This document shows positions 41,655 to 55,030 of a DNA stretch of 64,000 bases, piece after piece. The notes beneath the pieces were generated by a model, which did no database searches, had not been told where the DNA came from, and worked only from the letters and a program-made list of their open reading frames with translations. Position numbers and translations under genes: made by a program. The stretch's first letter is position 1, and each line of letters begins with the position of its first letter. The DNA is from Tubulanus polymorphus (taxonomy: Eukaryota; Animalia; Nemertea): the NCBI RefSeq assembly GCF_964204645.1, contig NC_134034.1, positions 12,908,962 through 12,972,961 of the forward strand, read 5' to 3'.

Positions 41655-42050
41655 CTCTCTCCCCTCTCCAATTTCTTCTCTCTCTCTCCCTCTCTCTTCT
41701 CTCCACTCACCTCTTTATTGTCTCCTCCCTCTCTCCTCTCTTCTCCCCCCTCACTCCTCTCCTCTCTCCTCTCTCCTCCCCATCATCTCTCCTCTCTCTT
41801 TTTTCTCTCTCCTCCCTTCTTTCCTCTGCCTCCTCTCTCCTCCCTTCTCTCCCCTCACCTCTCTTCTCTCTCCTCCCTTCTCTCCTCTGCCTCCTCTCTC
41901 CTCCCTTCTCTCCCCTCACCTCTCTTCTCTCTCCTCCCTTCTCTCCTCTGCCTCCCCTCACCTCTCTTCTCTCTCCTCTCTCCTCTCACTCCTCTCACTC
42001 CTCTCCTCTCTTCTCTCCTCCCTCCATCTCCCCTCTCTTCTCCTCTCTCT
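41655..42050. repeat. Polypyrimidine low-complexity tract
   Basis: CT-rich run. A comparable GA-rich tract lies at ~50910-51225. Confidence 0.95.
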
Positions 42051-43092
42051 TGAAGAAATACAATGGTTCCTATTCCGAAATAACAAACGAATAACAATTT
42101 TTACGTAATTTTTTTAGGAGTTTATTTCGACCGGATTCTCAGAACACAATGAATTATACAAAAAACCTTTACAAAAATCCGAAGAAATTCATTTTCCACA
42201 TCGATCGGGCTGTGGACAATTTCATTATATTTCCAATTATCCAAGTATATGTCTGTAGGATAGGGGGGGGGGGGGAGAGGGGAGAGAGAGTGGGTGCGCA
42301 TTGAACTAAATACAGAGTTTATATACCCCTGAGGAACAGACGACGGTTAACACTAAAATGCGGTCGATGTTTTCAATTTAGAAATAAAACACTTTTATTG
42401 AATTAAATTCGATTGGTTTTGATTGTTCTCCGCGCGAGCGCGCTACGACCGAAGTGACAGACATATCGTCTGCTGAATACCTCATGCTCACTCGGGAATA
42501 CGTTGAAAAACTAAGGTATCAGTTTTCCACACAGGAATTTGCTCCCTAGCCGGGACTCTAAAAACTGATGAAACGTTAGCCAAATTGTTTTCGAAAAATT
42601 TTTTACGAATCTCAAGTTAACTGTGACGTGTTAAGGGGCGGGGGAGGGGGGGGGGGGCTGTGAAGGGGCGTACAGGGGTAGCGTGACACTATGTTGTTTT
42701 TCTCAAAGTAAATTCGTATCGTGATTGTTGGAATAAGAAAATCTCGCGAGATCTCGTGAGAATAGAAACAGAATCCGCTACTGGTGAGAACCGCAATCTG
42801 GTTAATCGTCTGCCAATGCGCCCAGCGACCGTTGCACCGACAGTCACGTGTTAAATTCGAATTCATTAAAAAACAACTTTTAAGTTTTCGATTTCCCTTT
42901 GCTGTTTGCGCATGCGCAATACGTCTCATCGATAAGCGTTTCATCTGGTGCTGGGGATTTCGTTTCGGATGAAGTCACGTGTCATGTGTCACGTGCGCGT
43001 ATTGCGCTGAAGGAAAACAGTCACGTGATGATCGTCTTAAACTCGAGGGGTTTCGATCGGGTTTTTAGATGAAAGCACGACACGCGCGCCCC

Positions 43093-44580
43093 CTAGTGAG
43101 CTGTCTGTCTCGTTCTACGTGGTCCGGCCAAGAACTGAAATAAGAAATCAAAAAGAAATTAGATTCACAGGTCTAACTTTCAAAGGTGTTCTTAGATTGA
43201 ATCTGAGAAGCCGTATTCGATGTTTAGGCAACTGTTAACAGTATCGCTGCAACGATCCCGCCCTAGAAATAAGAATTTGAGATTTGAAGAGATTTTTACT
43301 GCGGTTGTTAGTTAATATATATTTAGTTATTCGATATTTTCTATGGTTTAATGGGTCCGTTTCACAATCCCACCCTAGAAGTGGGAATTAGAGATTTGAA
43401 GATGTGTTTATTGGATGATTTTGATGGTTATGCGGGTCATTTCACAATCCCAAGTGTTACCCAGGAGAGGAAGGGTGTCGGTTGATGATCGATTGATATC
43501 TCTTACTATTATTTCGAGCGTGTAAAGTGTCAAATTTCATTCACACGTACACTGCCTCAGTCTCTCGCGAGATATTCGACAATCTCGCGAGAATTGTCCG
43601 TCGGTTGATAATGAGTTTTCTCACTGAGCGTCACAGGTTTCATTCTCGCGTCTTACGAAATTGTGCGCCAACATCATTTTCATCCGGTACGGAAATCGAC
43701 ACCGAGTCTGAAGTTTTCGCACCGAACGTTAAGTGAAACCGTCTCGAAACGCGTCGACAGAACAGGAAAATATCATCCAACACTTCTTCTCGCGTTTCGA
43801 TTCAGTTATAACCATTTATCGCCACCAAGCGGTTTTTATCGGAACTAATCTCCCGTCAATGTTATGAGTCCCGAAACCATCTTGATAAATGAATTACATT
43901 CAGACATGCGACTTCCGGGTTCTAAAACCCACACCAATCACACAACTGTCGAACAAACCCCTGTTTCTCTCCCGGCAGGTGTGGTTGGTTCATAGGGGAC
44001 ACCGAATCAAAAAAAAAAAACAATCAAACGAAATCTACCAATCAAATAGATAACAGGGTCAATCCCCATTTTATGATGAAAAAAACCAAATCTAATCTGA
44101 AGCACAATCGGTAGTAATTCAGTTGGTTTAGGTAAACCCCGGGTAAGACGTGGTTTAGGAGGAATAATAAGGTAGCCTTATGCGCTTTTTACACATGATA
44201 ATAAGTGATATCCATCGACGACCTTTTGTGAATTGTTTTTTGTTGTTATGGCGAGTCTTAAGCATTGATGGGCAAAGAAACAATTGGTAACACATGTACG
44301 TGCGCGCCCTCTATATGTGGAGATATGGGTGACTTACCGCTAGACTAGGCACACACTGTGATGTGACGGGATTTTTCACCCAGCCCGGTTTACATCTTCG
44401 GAACATTCGTTTTTTCATATCTGATGAGAAGTAGGCCTCGTCGAACGGGTTCGACTCGAAATCCTTCTTGTCCATACCTCCCAGATTGAAGTACGGGTCC
44501 GTGTCTAAATCCGCGTCGATAGAGGTCGCCACGTTACCGAGTAGCAACACTGCAAAATACAACAATAGAGAATAAATCAA
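43093..44580 (-). CDS. Unrecognised secreted prepropeptide (neuropeptide/cytokine-like); main exon ending at 44338, last coding exon 43134-43093; start codon/first exon uncertain (candidate micro-exon 45259-45239)
   Basis: Hydrophobic stretch LIYSLLLYFAVLLLGNVATS, acidic spacer with KK, then a KKR site followed by MFRRCKPGWVKNPVTSQCVPSLA|FLAGPRRTRQTAH*. The GCG|gtaagt donor and tttcag| acceptor are in phase 0. Confidence 0.75.
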
Positions 44581-44744
44581 TCGATTTGTATAAAAGCTGG
44601 ATACATCCCTCTGTTTGCTGGTAGCGCCCTCCTGTGAGCGTTCAAGTAATTATTATGACATTTCAAGATTCCTGTTAATATCTGTGCGGGGAACGTGTGT
44701 AATTCAAGCAGCTCATTAATTCTCGTCTGCTCATGTCTGGTATT

Positions 44745-45035
44745 GCATGTCTGTCTGTCCGTTTGGCTGTCTGCCTCGCTGCCTGTACGTTTGGCTGTCT
44801 ACGTCCTGTCTGTCTCTGCCTGCCTGTCTGTATGTCTGTCGTTGTCTGCCTCGCTGTCTGTCCGTTTGACTGTCTACGTCCTGTCTGTCTCTGCCTGCCT
44901 GTCTGTATGACTGTCGTTGTCTGCCTCGCTGCCTGTCCGTTTGACTGTCTACGTCCTGTCTGTCTCTGCCTGCCTGTCTGTATGTATGTCGTTGTCAGGC
45001 TGTCTGTCTCGCTGTCTGTACGTTTGGCTGTCTAC
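44745..45035. repeat. Minisatellite, 75-bp GTCT-rich unit
   Basis: About 4 copies. It accounts for the Cys/Val-rich ORFs at 44695-45050. Confidence 0.9.
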
Positions 45036-47461
45036 ATCTATCTATGCTAGCCTACTCGTCTTTTTGTTCGTCTGTACATTTTTTTGAGTAATCAAACAAT
45101 CCAACAACTTTTACACTGAAATCGTAACTGACAACCGGTGGTCACGTGGTGTGTCTATAATGACCGTAATGAGCTACAGCCCTGTTAGCTGGTAGTACCG
45201 GTCACCGCTGGTTGTGATTTAACCCCTGCTGTACTCACCACGACTGCGCTGTCGCATTACTGCAAAAATAACAATCTCGAAATGGCGTCGAAATTGCGGA
45301 AATGTCGCTAAATTGGTTTCCTCTAGTGATAACCGATAGTATTGTTGAGCACGTGATTTAGTTGTTTCCGCAAAGACTGTAATTTCCTATTGTCGAGAGC
45401 CGCATTTTTGTAGTAAAACATCTACCGGATGTAGAATGACGTCATTGATGGTGCGGTTAGGGAACAAGCAGTTCTGAGTCAAGGGGCGCGGGGAGAGGGA
45501 GGTGTGAATGTCTCCCCCCTTTCCACGTAAATCGAAATATGATTCTACAATCGTAATTCAAAATTTTGAATTTCGATTGATCGCAACTGAATTGCTTAAG
45601 GGAGCATCTCAAAATTTCAAAAACTCCCAATAGGCAATGCATTAGATAAATTATGAAAAACATTGTGAAAAACCTTTTGAACTCTGAGGAACTTAACAAA
45701 AAGGCCAACAATTTCTCGTGCAGATTGTTAGTTTTCTCAAACAAACATTTCTTTTTTTCATTAAAGTTCAAATCCTATATAGCAATGGTCGATAGATCAA
45801 TCCACGATAGGCTTTCAGCACCCCCTCCCCCACTTCTGCGCGTTATTCTAATTGAAATAGGCGATAGAAATTTTGAGATGCTCCCTTACGCCGCACGTTA
45901 CGACACTAAAACAGGGATGGAAATTATTCCGGAATTATCTACAACAAATAGATATTTGACGAGAGATGTAATATCTGAGAATCATGTCCCTACAACGGTT
46001 GGAATACCTGCGTCGTTACTGCGTATATACCTGTACATTGTTATTATTTCATTTCCGCTGATAACGTTTAAATTATTCATTACGCATAAACATTTATTCC
46101 ATTTACCGTTCACGTAAAATACACGTAAATTCAACGTTAACGTGATTGTTGGCGGCTACGGTTACGTACAGTAAATGGCCGTACGAGTCCCCGGCCGTCA
46201 ATCATATTCATCTTTTATCTTCTTCCATGTAGTCTACCAGCCTTTTTCATTACCTTACACTCCTAACACTTACTCCGGGAGTTACCAATACTCCGGGAGT
46301 TAACAGTACTCCGGGAGTTAACATTGATACCAAGCCATAAGCTATACGCCCCGTGTCTGACTAGACATTTTCATACAACTAACATAATGTATTGTCTGTT
46401 AAAACTGTACTCTGGAATAAGTAACAATACAGTTGGTTCAGCTGGCCTCGTCTCGGTATACTTTCTACTTGTAAGGTCGCCATTGATCTAAATTTTCAAC
46501 AAACCCCTCTCCCCAAATACATATTATATTGACGGTCATAAACGGACGAGTTTCTGTACTTCCACATGCGCGCATGCGCACTGATTTCCCGTAATCGTTT
46601 TTAGATTTGGCAAAAAACTGCGATGCGCAATGCGTCAGATTGTACCCACTTCCGGTTACACGATGTCGCGTAACTGGACCGCGCGCTGCGATGCTCTACA
46701 ACGTTTCTATAAACCACGGAGATCTTGGAAAAAAATTCTCTGAAATATCAGCATTTATTGATCTCTCAAGTATTCTATATCTGATACAGGTGACGTGATA
46801 TTGGACTCTGTGAGAAATTCTGTAAATGCTTCATCTCAGTCCAAGTCCGAGTCCGTCTCCCTGTAATTACGTTCCCCTCTTGACACTTCCGGTGTAGCTT
46901 ACTGGCAACTCGACGAAGTATTGTGCATGATATTTATGACGAATACTCATCAAAATACCCTCAGAATAACCCTAAACCCCTCCAGATACCCCCTCAATTG
47001 ACGTACGATTGATGTCAGATGACGCTTGATTGAAGAGACTCGCGACATTCGACTCTCGATTTGCGACAACTATCGACTTGCCAACTACGGAATCTGACAC
47101 TTTATTGGTCGGCTCCTGGCAAAATCGGGCACTCGATACGCGCGGCTCTTTGCAATATCAGAAGTGTGCGCTGGCCAGAAAAGTAAACACTTCACTGAAT
47201 GAAGAGCCCTCGGTGAATTCAAGGGCTGTAAACTAACACCTATAATTGCACGGGGGTACTAGTAGGTGTTGTAAACAATAACAGATCACGTTTCAGCCAA
47301 TCAGCGCTGCTGGCTTTCTTCCCGCCGTCTTTCTAATAGATTGAGACTGTTGGAATCGGTAATTAGCGCGTCCCTGCTGGGGAAACACCGGTAATAATTA
47401 TTACCGCAGAGATGACAATTATCGCGGAACAGATCATAATCAAACCCGACTATTCCTCACA

Positions 47462-47692
47462 CCAACTTCTGAGTCAATCATCTCCATCCGACTATGACGT
47501 CACTCGGGCGAAAACTAAGCCAACTTCTGGGTCAATCATTTCCATCCCCCTATGACGTCACTCGGGTGAAAACTAAACCAACTTCTGAGTCAATCATCTC
47601 CATCCGCCTATGACGTCACTCGGGCGAAAACTAAACCAATTTCTGAGTCAATCATTTCCATCCGCCTATGACGTCACTCGGGCGAAAACTAA
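47462..47692. repeat. 58-bp tandem repeat x4 carrying TGAGTCA and TGACGTCA motifs
   Basis: Units start at 47462, 47520, 47578 and 47636. Confidence 0.95.
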
Positions 47693-49649
47693 TGAATTAC
47701 ATTGATTACAGGTGATTCTATGACGTCATAATGGGATGAATAGTGGTTATACGAATAAAGGAAGGAAAACGAATGTTTCCTTGAACTCTTGGGTCTCATC
47801 AACGATCACCCACCATCTAACAGACCACTATTTCTATAGAACTACCCGACGAAACGTTGTGTGTGACCTGTGAGTTTTAATCCCGGGAAAATGAAGATCT
47901 GAACCGACCTAATCTGAACCGACCACGAACACAAAACCATGAAACACACTTATCTTATACAGTCATAATGTTCAATTGGGGATTAATTGACACGTGGGTT
48001 CCTCAAGGAGGTTATGTAAGTTATATTAATAATACTCTTCTGCTTATTGTATACAATACAATCAGTAATTAGTATTGACAGAAATATCGATTTTGAAGCC
48101 CTAAAGGGTACTTCACAGAGAACCCCGACAATCGGAGTCCCGTTACCGTGGTAACACATGCGAAATTTGAATATTCGGTAATGACGCAATGAAATTTTTT
48201 TAATAACGCGCCCTTAAGGTCGTCTTGGTTTTGCAGACACGTGACTGGGCCACGCGTCGTTAGTTGAATAAGAATCGAACATAGAGTTACAACCCCTCAA
48301 GGGTCACCGGGTTATTCGATGAAAAATACTTTCAATTAGATCTATCATCCTGGCTTTGAAAAGATAATTTCAGTACGACACTGCTGCCCCCTGGCGGCAG
48401 ATGATTTCTCATCGATGATCGCTGGGAAACAGAAATATGAGCTCGATCAGATCTGTGTTGGTATTGATTTATTTGTGTCGGGTTTAGTGACGGATCCGAT
48501 AAAATAAACTGCCAATAAACTGCCGTATTCAATAAAATATCGAATTTGAATTTGTATCGTCGTTTTCAATAGAGACGCACGCGATGATACTGATCGCCCT
48601 CTAAACCCTCCTCCCCACGGGGAGGAGAGGGGGGGGGGGGCGGTGGAGACTGTAGTAAACGATAATGATTGAGCGAGACGATATATCATTTGATGTTTGG
48701 ATATTCATCTCGAAGTTCAATCAGAAATATCAGATATATCTGAGAGAGGAAAGAGAAACCCCCTGCTGCTGCTGCTGCTACTAGTCTCTTCCGTCTTCAA
48801 ACGATTTCTGCGCAGACGAATTTTTAAATTTCAAATTGTCGTCGGCCGTTATTTCACCGTTATTTTACCCGTCAGGCTTTGTAATTGTCGTCTGTCTCGA
48901 TCTATAATTGCGTTAAATCGTCTTCAAAAGATTCGATTATTAGACTCGAATAACTCTTAATCTAGGATTAATTCTAGACCCAGTTTTCAACCCTATTATC
49001 ATTGTCGTTCGTATATTTTAATCCGCGGGATTAATACGCGATTTACCCGTAGGATTAACTCATACCCGAAGTACGTTCCTCCTCTAACAGTCAAAATTTT
49101 ACATAATTTTCCAATTTTTAATATCATATTATATCTATATATGAATTATTCATATCAAAATGAATAAAAAAGGTGTTTGCGAGTCGATTTAGAATGTTAC
49201 TTTGAAGGTTGTGATTCAAACTCGACCCGGAACTGACTCGTAGTCACCCCCCGGAGACTTGTAGATGCTGTATTCACACCGGCAGAGCACGATCCAATAA
49301 CGAGATTTGACTCCAGAATACTTCATATTTATTACAGTCAGTCCGTGCGACTGCGTGAACCAGAATCCGTGCTAGAATTCATAATCTCAAATCAAACGTC
49401 TATAAGATAGAATTATGGAAATAATAGTCGGCTGTTGGTTTATTGGGGCAATGAATCGAATCGTGGAAACTGCAAATCTTTCAACCCGACGAACGCCACT
49501 CAGGTGGTTTCAGGTGTCTGTTTGAGGTCGGTCGGAGCTGGGAGGTGGGAGTGCTCCCTAGTTGGAGAGAAGCGGCCTCAATGAACAACCGCTTCAGTTG
49601 TAATCAGTTCATTTTACTTAGTTTACTTACAAGTGAATCGCATACTGGT

Positions 49650-50140
49650 CCCTAGAGGTCGCTGGAGGTCACTTCTTATCACTAGAGATCACAACGTGGT
49701 CACTACTCGTCACTACTGGTCGATAATAAATATTCGTATTCGTATTCGGTTACTAGTGGTCACTACTTGTCACTTCAAGTCGGTAAATGTCGCTATTAGT
49801 CGATAGATGTCACTACTGGTCAGTAAAAGTCAGTACTGGTTACGTTGAGTCACAACGCATTACCAGAGGTCACTTATTGTCACTACTCGTTGATAGATGT
49901 CACTACTGGTTACTACTAGCCAAGAGAAGTTATTACTAACTGGTGGTCACTACACTGGTCAAATTGTTTGGTCACTAGTGGTCACTGATGTTCACTACAC
50001 TAGTCAATAGAGGTCACTTCTGGTCACAGGTGACAACTGGTGGTCACTATCAGTAACTAGTGGTGGTAACTGTTGGTCACTTCTAGTAAAAAAAGAGGCC
50101 ACTACTGGTCAATAGAGGTCACTACCGGTCACTACTGGCA
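49650..50140. repeat. Degenerate short-period repeat (GGTCACTACT-like)
   Basis: Dense recurrence of GTCACT. Confidence 0.8.
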
Positions 50141-51616
50141 GCTAGGAATCAATTTGTTGGTGTTAAGATGTGTATGTTATATCTGAGCCGGAATTTCTGT
50201 TTTCTATCAGGTGTTAATGAAAACATTCTCGACATAATAGAACCCAAGCGCGTTCGCGTTCGCCTTATTGGTTCTATTATTACTGTTGGCGTCAATATGT
50301 AATTATACGTGACGCCCTACGGCGCGGGCACCAGTCTAACGCGGCGAGCCGGGTACCAGTCTTATAATAAATTACATTACTGAAAGTCCTTTGTTGAATA
50401 AATGAGCGGCTATTAGCAGTAATTCCCTCTCCCCTACCGATTCCCCCTCTCATCCCCCCTCCCAGCACGCGCGGCTACACGAATCTGAACCCATCTTTGC
50501 TCGATCGCTACAGATCACAGATACCGCGTACAAGTTAACCTCGAAAGCCCTCGGGTCAAATAAGAAACTGTTAAATCCGGGTTTTGTTAGTGAAAAGAGG
50601 CACCGCACCTGACTGGTCATCAGTCATCACACCTGACCGGTCAGCGGTCACCACACCTGACTGGTCAAGGCTCACCACACCTGACTGGTCAGCGGTCACC
50701 ACACCTGACCAGACAAACTCTTTTACTCCACCAATCAATGCAGGTCTATGGACTAATTGTAAGTGTGTTTCATCTGTAGAGGGTTGTGGGTGAGATACGT
50801 AGGGTTAGGGTAACGGACCATTGTGGGTTAAGCAGGGAGTTGTCTTACATCTTTGCTGGTTATGGAAACTAACATCAGAGATATCTAGTTTTTGAATATA
50901 TATCTAGTATTGAAAGGGAGGAGGGAGGGAGAGGAGATGGGTGGAAGAAGAGAGAGAGAGGGGGATAGGGAGAGAAGGGAGGGGATGTGGATAAAAACGA
51001 GGGGAGTGGGGAGGGAAGAAAGGGAGTGGGGAGGGAGGGGATGGGGAGAAACAAAAATGGAGTGGGGAGGGAAGGTAGGGGATTGGGAAAAAGCAAGGAG
51101 AGTGGGGAAGGAAAGAGGGGATTGGGAAAAAACAAGGAGAGTGGGGAGGGGATGAGGAGAAAAGAAAGGGGAGTGGGGAGGGAAGAGAGGGTGCCGGTGA
51201 GGAGATGGGAAGAGAAGGGGTGGGGGCTCGTTGTCAAAACAGGCGCGAAATATCAACTCCGACAAACAGTAATCATGAATACAAATTGAAGATTGCTGAT
51301 TTATGTTTTTGTTTGACGGTGTTGAAACAGACTAAAGAAATGATTTCCCCGCGGGAGCCGAACTTCATTAGACACGACAGAAACAAATAAATAGACTCTG
51401 AAACTGACAGAGACTAAATTAGTTTTAATATTCGCGGCAAATTTCATGCATTTCTTTTCAACTCATCTGCGCACACCGCGCACACCGCGCGCACCCCGAA
51501 TACCGCGTACACCGCGCACGGATGTGAATTCTATCGCGAAGTTTTTCGAATGTTTTTGCGGAATCTTCTTGGACCAGTTTAACGCTTATAGATTTAGTAT
51601 CAGTCTAAGTTAAAAT

Positions 51617-51900
51617 GGTTCTATAGCAAATCTAACAACTTTAGACCAGTCCAAGCTCATTTTGGTTCTATAACCAATCTAACAACTTAAGAACAGTCTA
51701 AGCTCATTTTGGTTCTATAACCAATCTAACAACTTAAGACCAGTCTAAACTCATTTTGGTTCTATAACCAATCTAACAACTTAAGACTAGTCAAGGCTAT
51801 TTTTGTTCTATCGAATCTAACAATTTAAGACCAGTCTAAGCTCATTTTGGGTCTATCAAAAACCAAATCTAACAATTTAAGATCATTCTGGACTCATTTT
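51617..51900 (+). repeat. 47-bp satellite array derived from MITE family B internal sequence
   Basis: About 6 copies of GGTTCTATAACCAATCTAACAACTTAAGACCAGTCTAAGCTCATTTT. Confidence 0.9.
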
Positions 51901-53764
51901 TATTGAATGTAGCCATTATAATAATAGTATTTATGGATACAAGTTTGCGACTGCGGAGCTCGGAATAGATCCGTAAAATTAGCGTGATTTCAAAATGCGG
52001 AGACTTAAAATCGAGCGTTCATTTCCTGATAGTTTGAATTATCTATAAATAGAGGATTAATTTTGGGCTCCACCCCGGAAAAGCAATATCGCTCCAGCCT
52101 CGACCCCGGCAAACAATAACCGCATCCCAACCGGGTAATTATTCATACATCACAACAGTATTGAATATAAACCGGGGTCTTCAAGATTCATTCATTATTT
52201 GAATTAGATGACATTCTACGAAATTGTCGGTTATTACAATATGAATATCACGTTATACATTGGGGCCACGACCCGAGGGCTGAGCCAGGGCGGGCTGCAG
52301 TTGCTCAAAAGTTGGTTTAAGATAACGGATAAATACCATAGTAGTAATGAACTTGCAATTACAAATGTCAACTATCCACTGGTTAACTCTGACCAATTTT
52401 TGGGCAAGGCCCCTGGATTTTGGAAGGTGAGGGACCAGGGCTCCTTTCCCAGGGAATTTTGAAATTTTGTTGATCTCAGAGGCTATTTGACGGCTGTCAT
52501 TCGGGAATTATTCGTATTTGTTATAACATGAAAAAAAAACATTTAGGGGGGACGGCCAGTGATTGACCATTGCTAGGTCTCTTTAAGCCTTTGACGAATC
52601 TTCAGGCCCCAGGCCCCTACTTTAGGTATGTGAATGATCTATGGGCCCCCGGGAACCTTCCGGGCATGGGACTCATCCTCGGGCACATGACCCCCTACAT
52701 TTACTAGTTCCAATAAGAATTGTTTAAAATTTCATACCGCCGTAGATTTAAATTCGCCTTCAAGTTTGAAATCATTTTACTGCCCTCCAAGATTTGATTT
52801 ATCGATTTATTGATTTATTTATCGAAAAATCAGAAAAATTTTTGATAACTAATGTTTGAACTCACCGAGTAAAGAGGCAACGCTAACGATTAGAAATATC
52901 CGTCTGCTCATTGTGCGGCTAATTCAGAAATCTTCCTCTAATCTTCGAATTTCAAATTCAACCGTCAACTTTAATAACCGTCAACTCGGAAAAGTTACTC
53001 TGATCTCAAACTACAATGCGCAACATCTCTCTATTTATTGCTGATCCTCGACTACCTGTCACCCCTCTAATGCAATCGATTCATCCATATCTACACCGCT
53101 AAAACGAACGGGTGATGCCTTAAACGGGGCCATACCATTCATCCACGGGTTAGCGAGTAGTTTCCTGAAAATTCCTCGTTTCACCAATGCGCCATCTGGC
53201 GTAATCGGGTGTAGTAGGACGACTAGGAGTCACTCGTTGGAAATTATTTACGAATAACTCCGAAACTAGAAAGCTCTAAGTTGGCCTTGGATTAAGTTAA
53301 AACTCTTATTTGAATTCTGGTATGCATTCCTTAGTCTTGAGTTTGGACAAAAAATTGATAAAAAAACGAAACGAAACGATTTTCAATTGAATAAGAAAAG
53401 TTTATTGTGAATTCATTCAAAAAACTGAAGACAAGATTGAGTTCCGAATAGTTCCGAACAGTGCCGAGTAGTTCCGATCATATAAATGCTATGTATTTAT
53501 TTGTATCAATAATAATATTAGAATCTTGATAATTAATATATTACGCTGTGATTTGAAAATTAGGCGAATTTATCTACGAATTTCCTTTTTTTCCCTTTTT
53601 TCCGGACGAAAAATATTTAAAAGTCTTCGAAAATTCTCGAAATCAAACGATAAACGATTCGTCTGATGACGTCATCACTTCGACATCCTTCCTATCGATA
53701 AATGAAATATGTACAGCAGCGCGGCATGCGCGCGACTTATAGATGGCGCTGGTGTGCTGGTAGT

Positions 53765-54151
53765 TTAGAAGAAGATCTGGTAGATTGAAGCGATCACAAT
53801 CGGTAGCAAGGTGCCCGCCACCGTACCGGAACCGGAAGCAGGAGTTGATGCTTTCGCAATAGTACCATTAGTCGCAGCTGAGAACATGAAACAAATAAAA
53901 TGTTGTGAGTTATAGAATTGATTGGGTGAAAACCCCCTTTGACCCCCACTGGCTCTTACCCCTCACTTGACCCCACTTACCCCCCCCCCCCACACTTGAC
54001 TCTTACCCCGACGACCCCTACTGGTCCTAACCTCCCCTCCCCAGTCCTTACCTGGAGTACTGGGACTACCAGTAGTGCTTGCTTGCGATAAAACAGTCGT
54101 AATCAAAATCATCAGCACCAGAATAAACATCGACAATACAGTTAGGTTCAT
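53765..54151 (-). CDS. 70-aa predicted GPI-anchored, S/T-rich glycopeptide (CD24/CD52-like architecture); exons 54151-54052, 53877-53765
   Basis: MNLTVLSMFILVLMILITTVLS-QASTTGSPSTP|AATNGTIAKASTPASGSGTVAGTLLPIVIASIYQIFF*. The intron is phase 1 (G|gtaagg ... ctcag|). There is a probable 5' UTR intron at 54291-54182 and minus-strand AATAAA at ~53496 and ~53401. Confidence 0.8.
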
Positions 54152-54705
54152 CGTGATCGTCTCGTGGCGTTTATTCAAATCCTGGTAAAATATAGATTTA
54201 AAATTGATAAAAAAACAGTACGATCACCAACAGGGTTCGAACCCGAAAAATACCGCACAATATGATTCCTAGTCGCTCAGTCGACAATTACGTATCGTAG
54301 CAACAAAACACAATAGAACAAGAGAGAAGTTGAAGTGCGGGTCGGGTTTCCGGGAATTCCAGAGGAGACAGCTGAGAACTTCCTACTCGACTGACTGGCA
54401 TTCCATAGTTCTCTCGATCCTCTCGCTTCTCGCTTCTCACACATTCCAATACGCATTACGCATAACACAATTAGACGGTAATATTTCTATTGTGTGATTT
54501 TTTATGACATAACTAAGATGCCGACAACACCTCGACGACGCTCGGATGCTGGAACGATATATAGTGTAAACCAGTGCAAATAACAGCGCCATAGCTGCTG
54601 CTGCTGCTGCTAGTGCTGCTGATCCTGCTGGTGCTGATACTATGGAATTTATAGGTTCTGAAATAGTTAAATCATTGTTGCTGTCTCTTTCCTCTCTCTC
54701 TCTGG

Positions 54706-55030
54706 AGCTTAGACTGGTCTTTGTAAGATTGGTCATAGAACTAGAATAAGTTTAGACTGGTCTTAAGTTGTTAGATTGGCTATAGAACTAGAATGAGTTT
54801 AGACTGGTCTTAAGTTGTTAGATTGGTTATAGAACCAAAATGAGCTTAGACTGGTCTTAAGTTGTTAGATAGGTCATAGAACTAGAATGAGTTTAGACTG
54901 GTCTTAAGTTGTTAGATTGGTGATAGAACTAGAATGCCCTTAGACTGGTCTTAAGTTGTTACATCGGCTATAGAACAAAAATGAACTTAGACTGGTTTCA
55001 GGTAATTAGATTAGTTTAGACTGGTCTTCA
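54706..55030 (-). repeat. 47-bp satellite array, inverted relative to 51617-51900
   Basis: About 7 copies of the reverse-complement unit. Confidence 0.9.
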
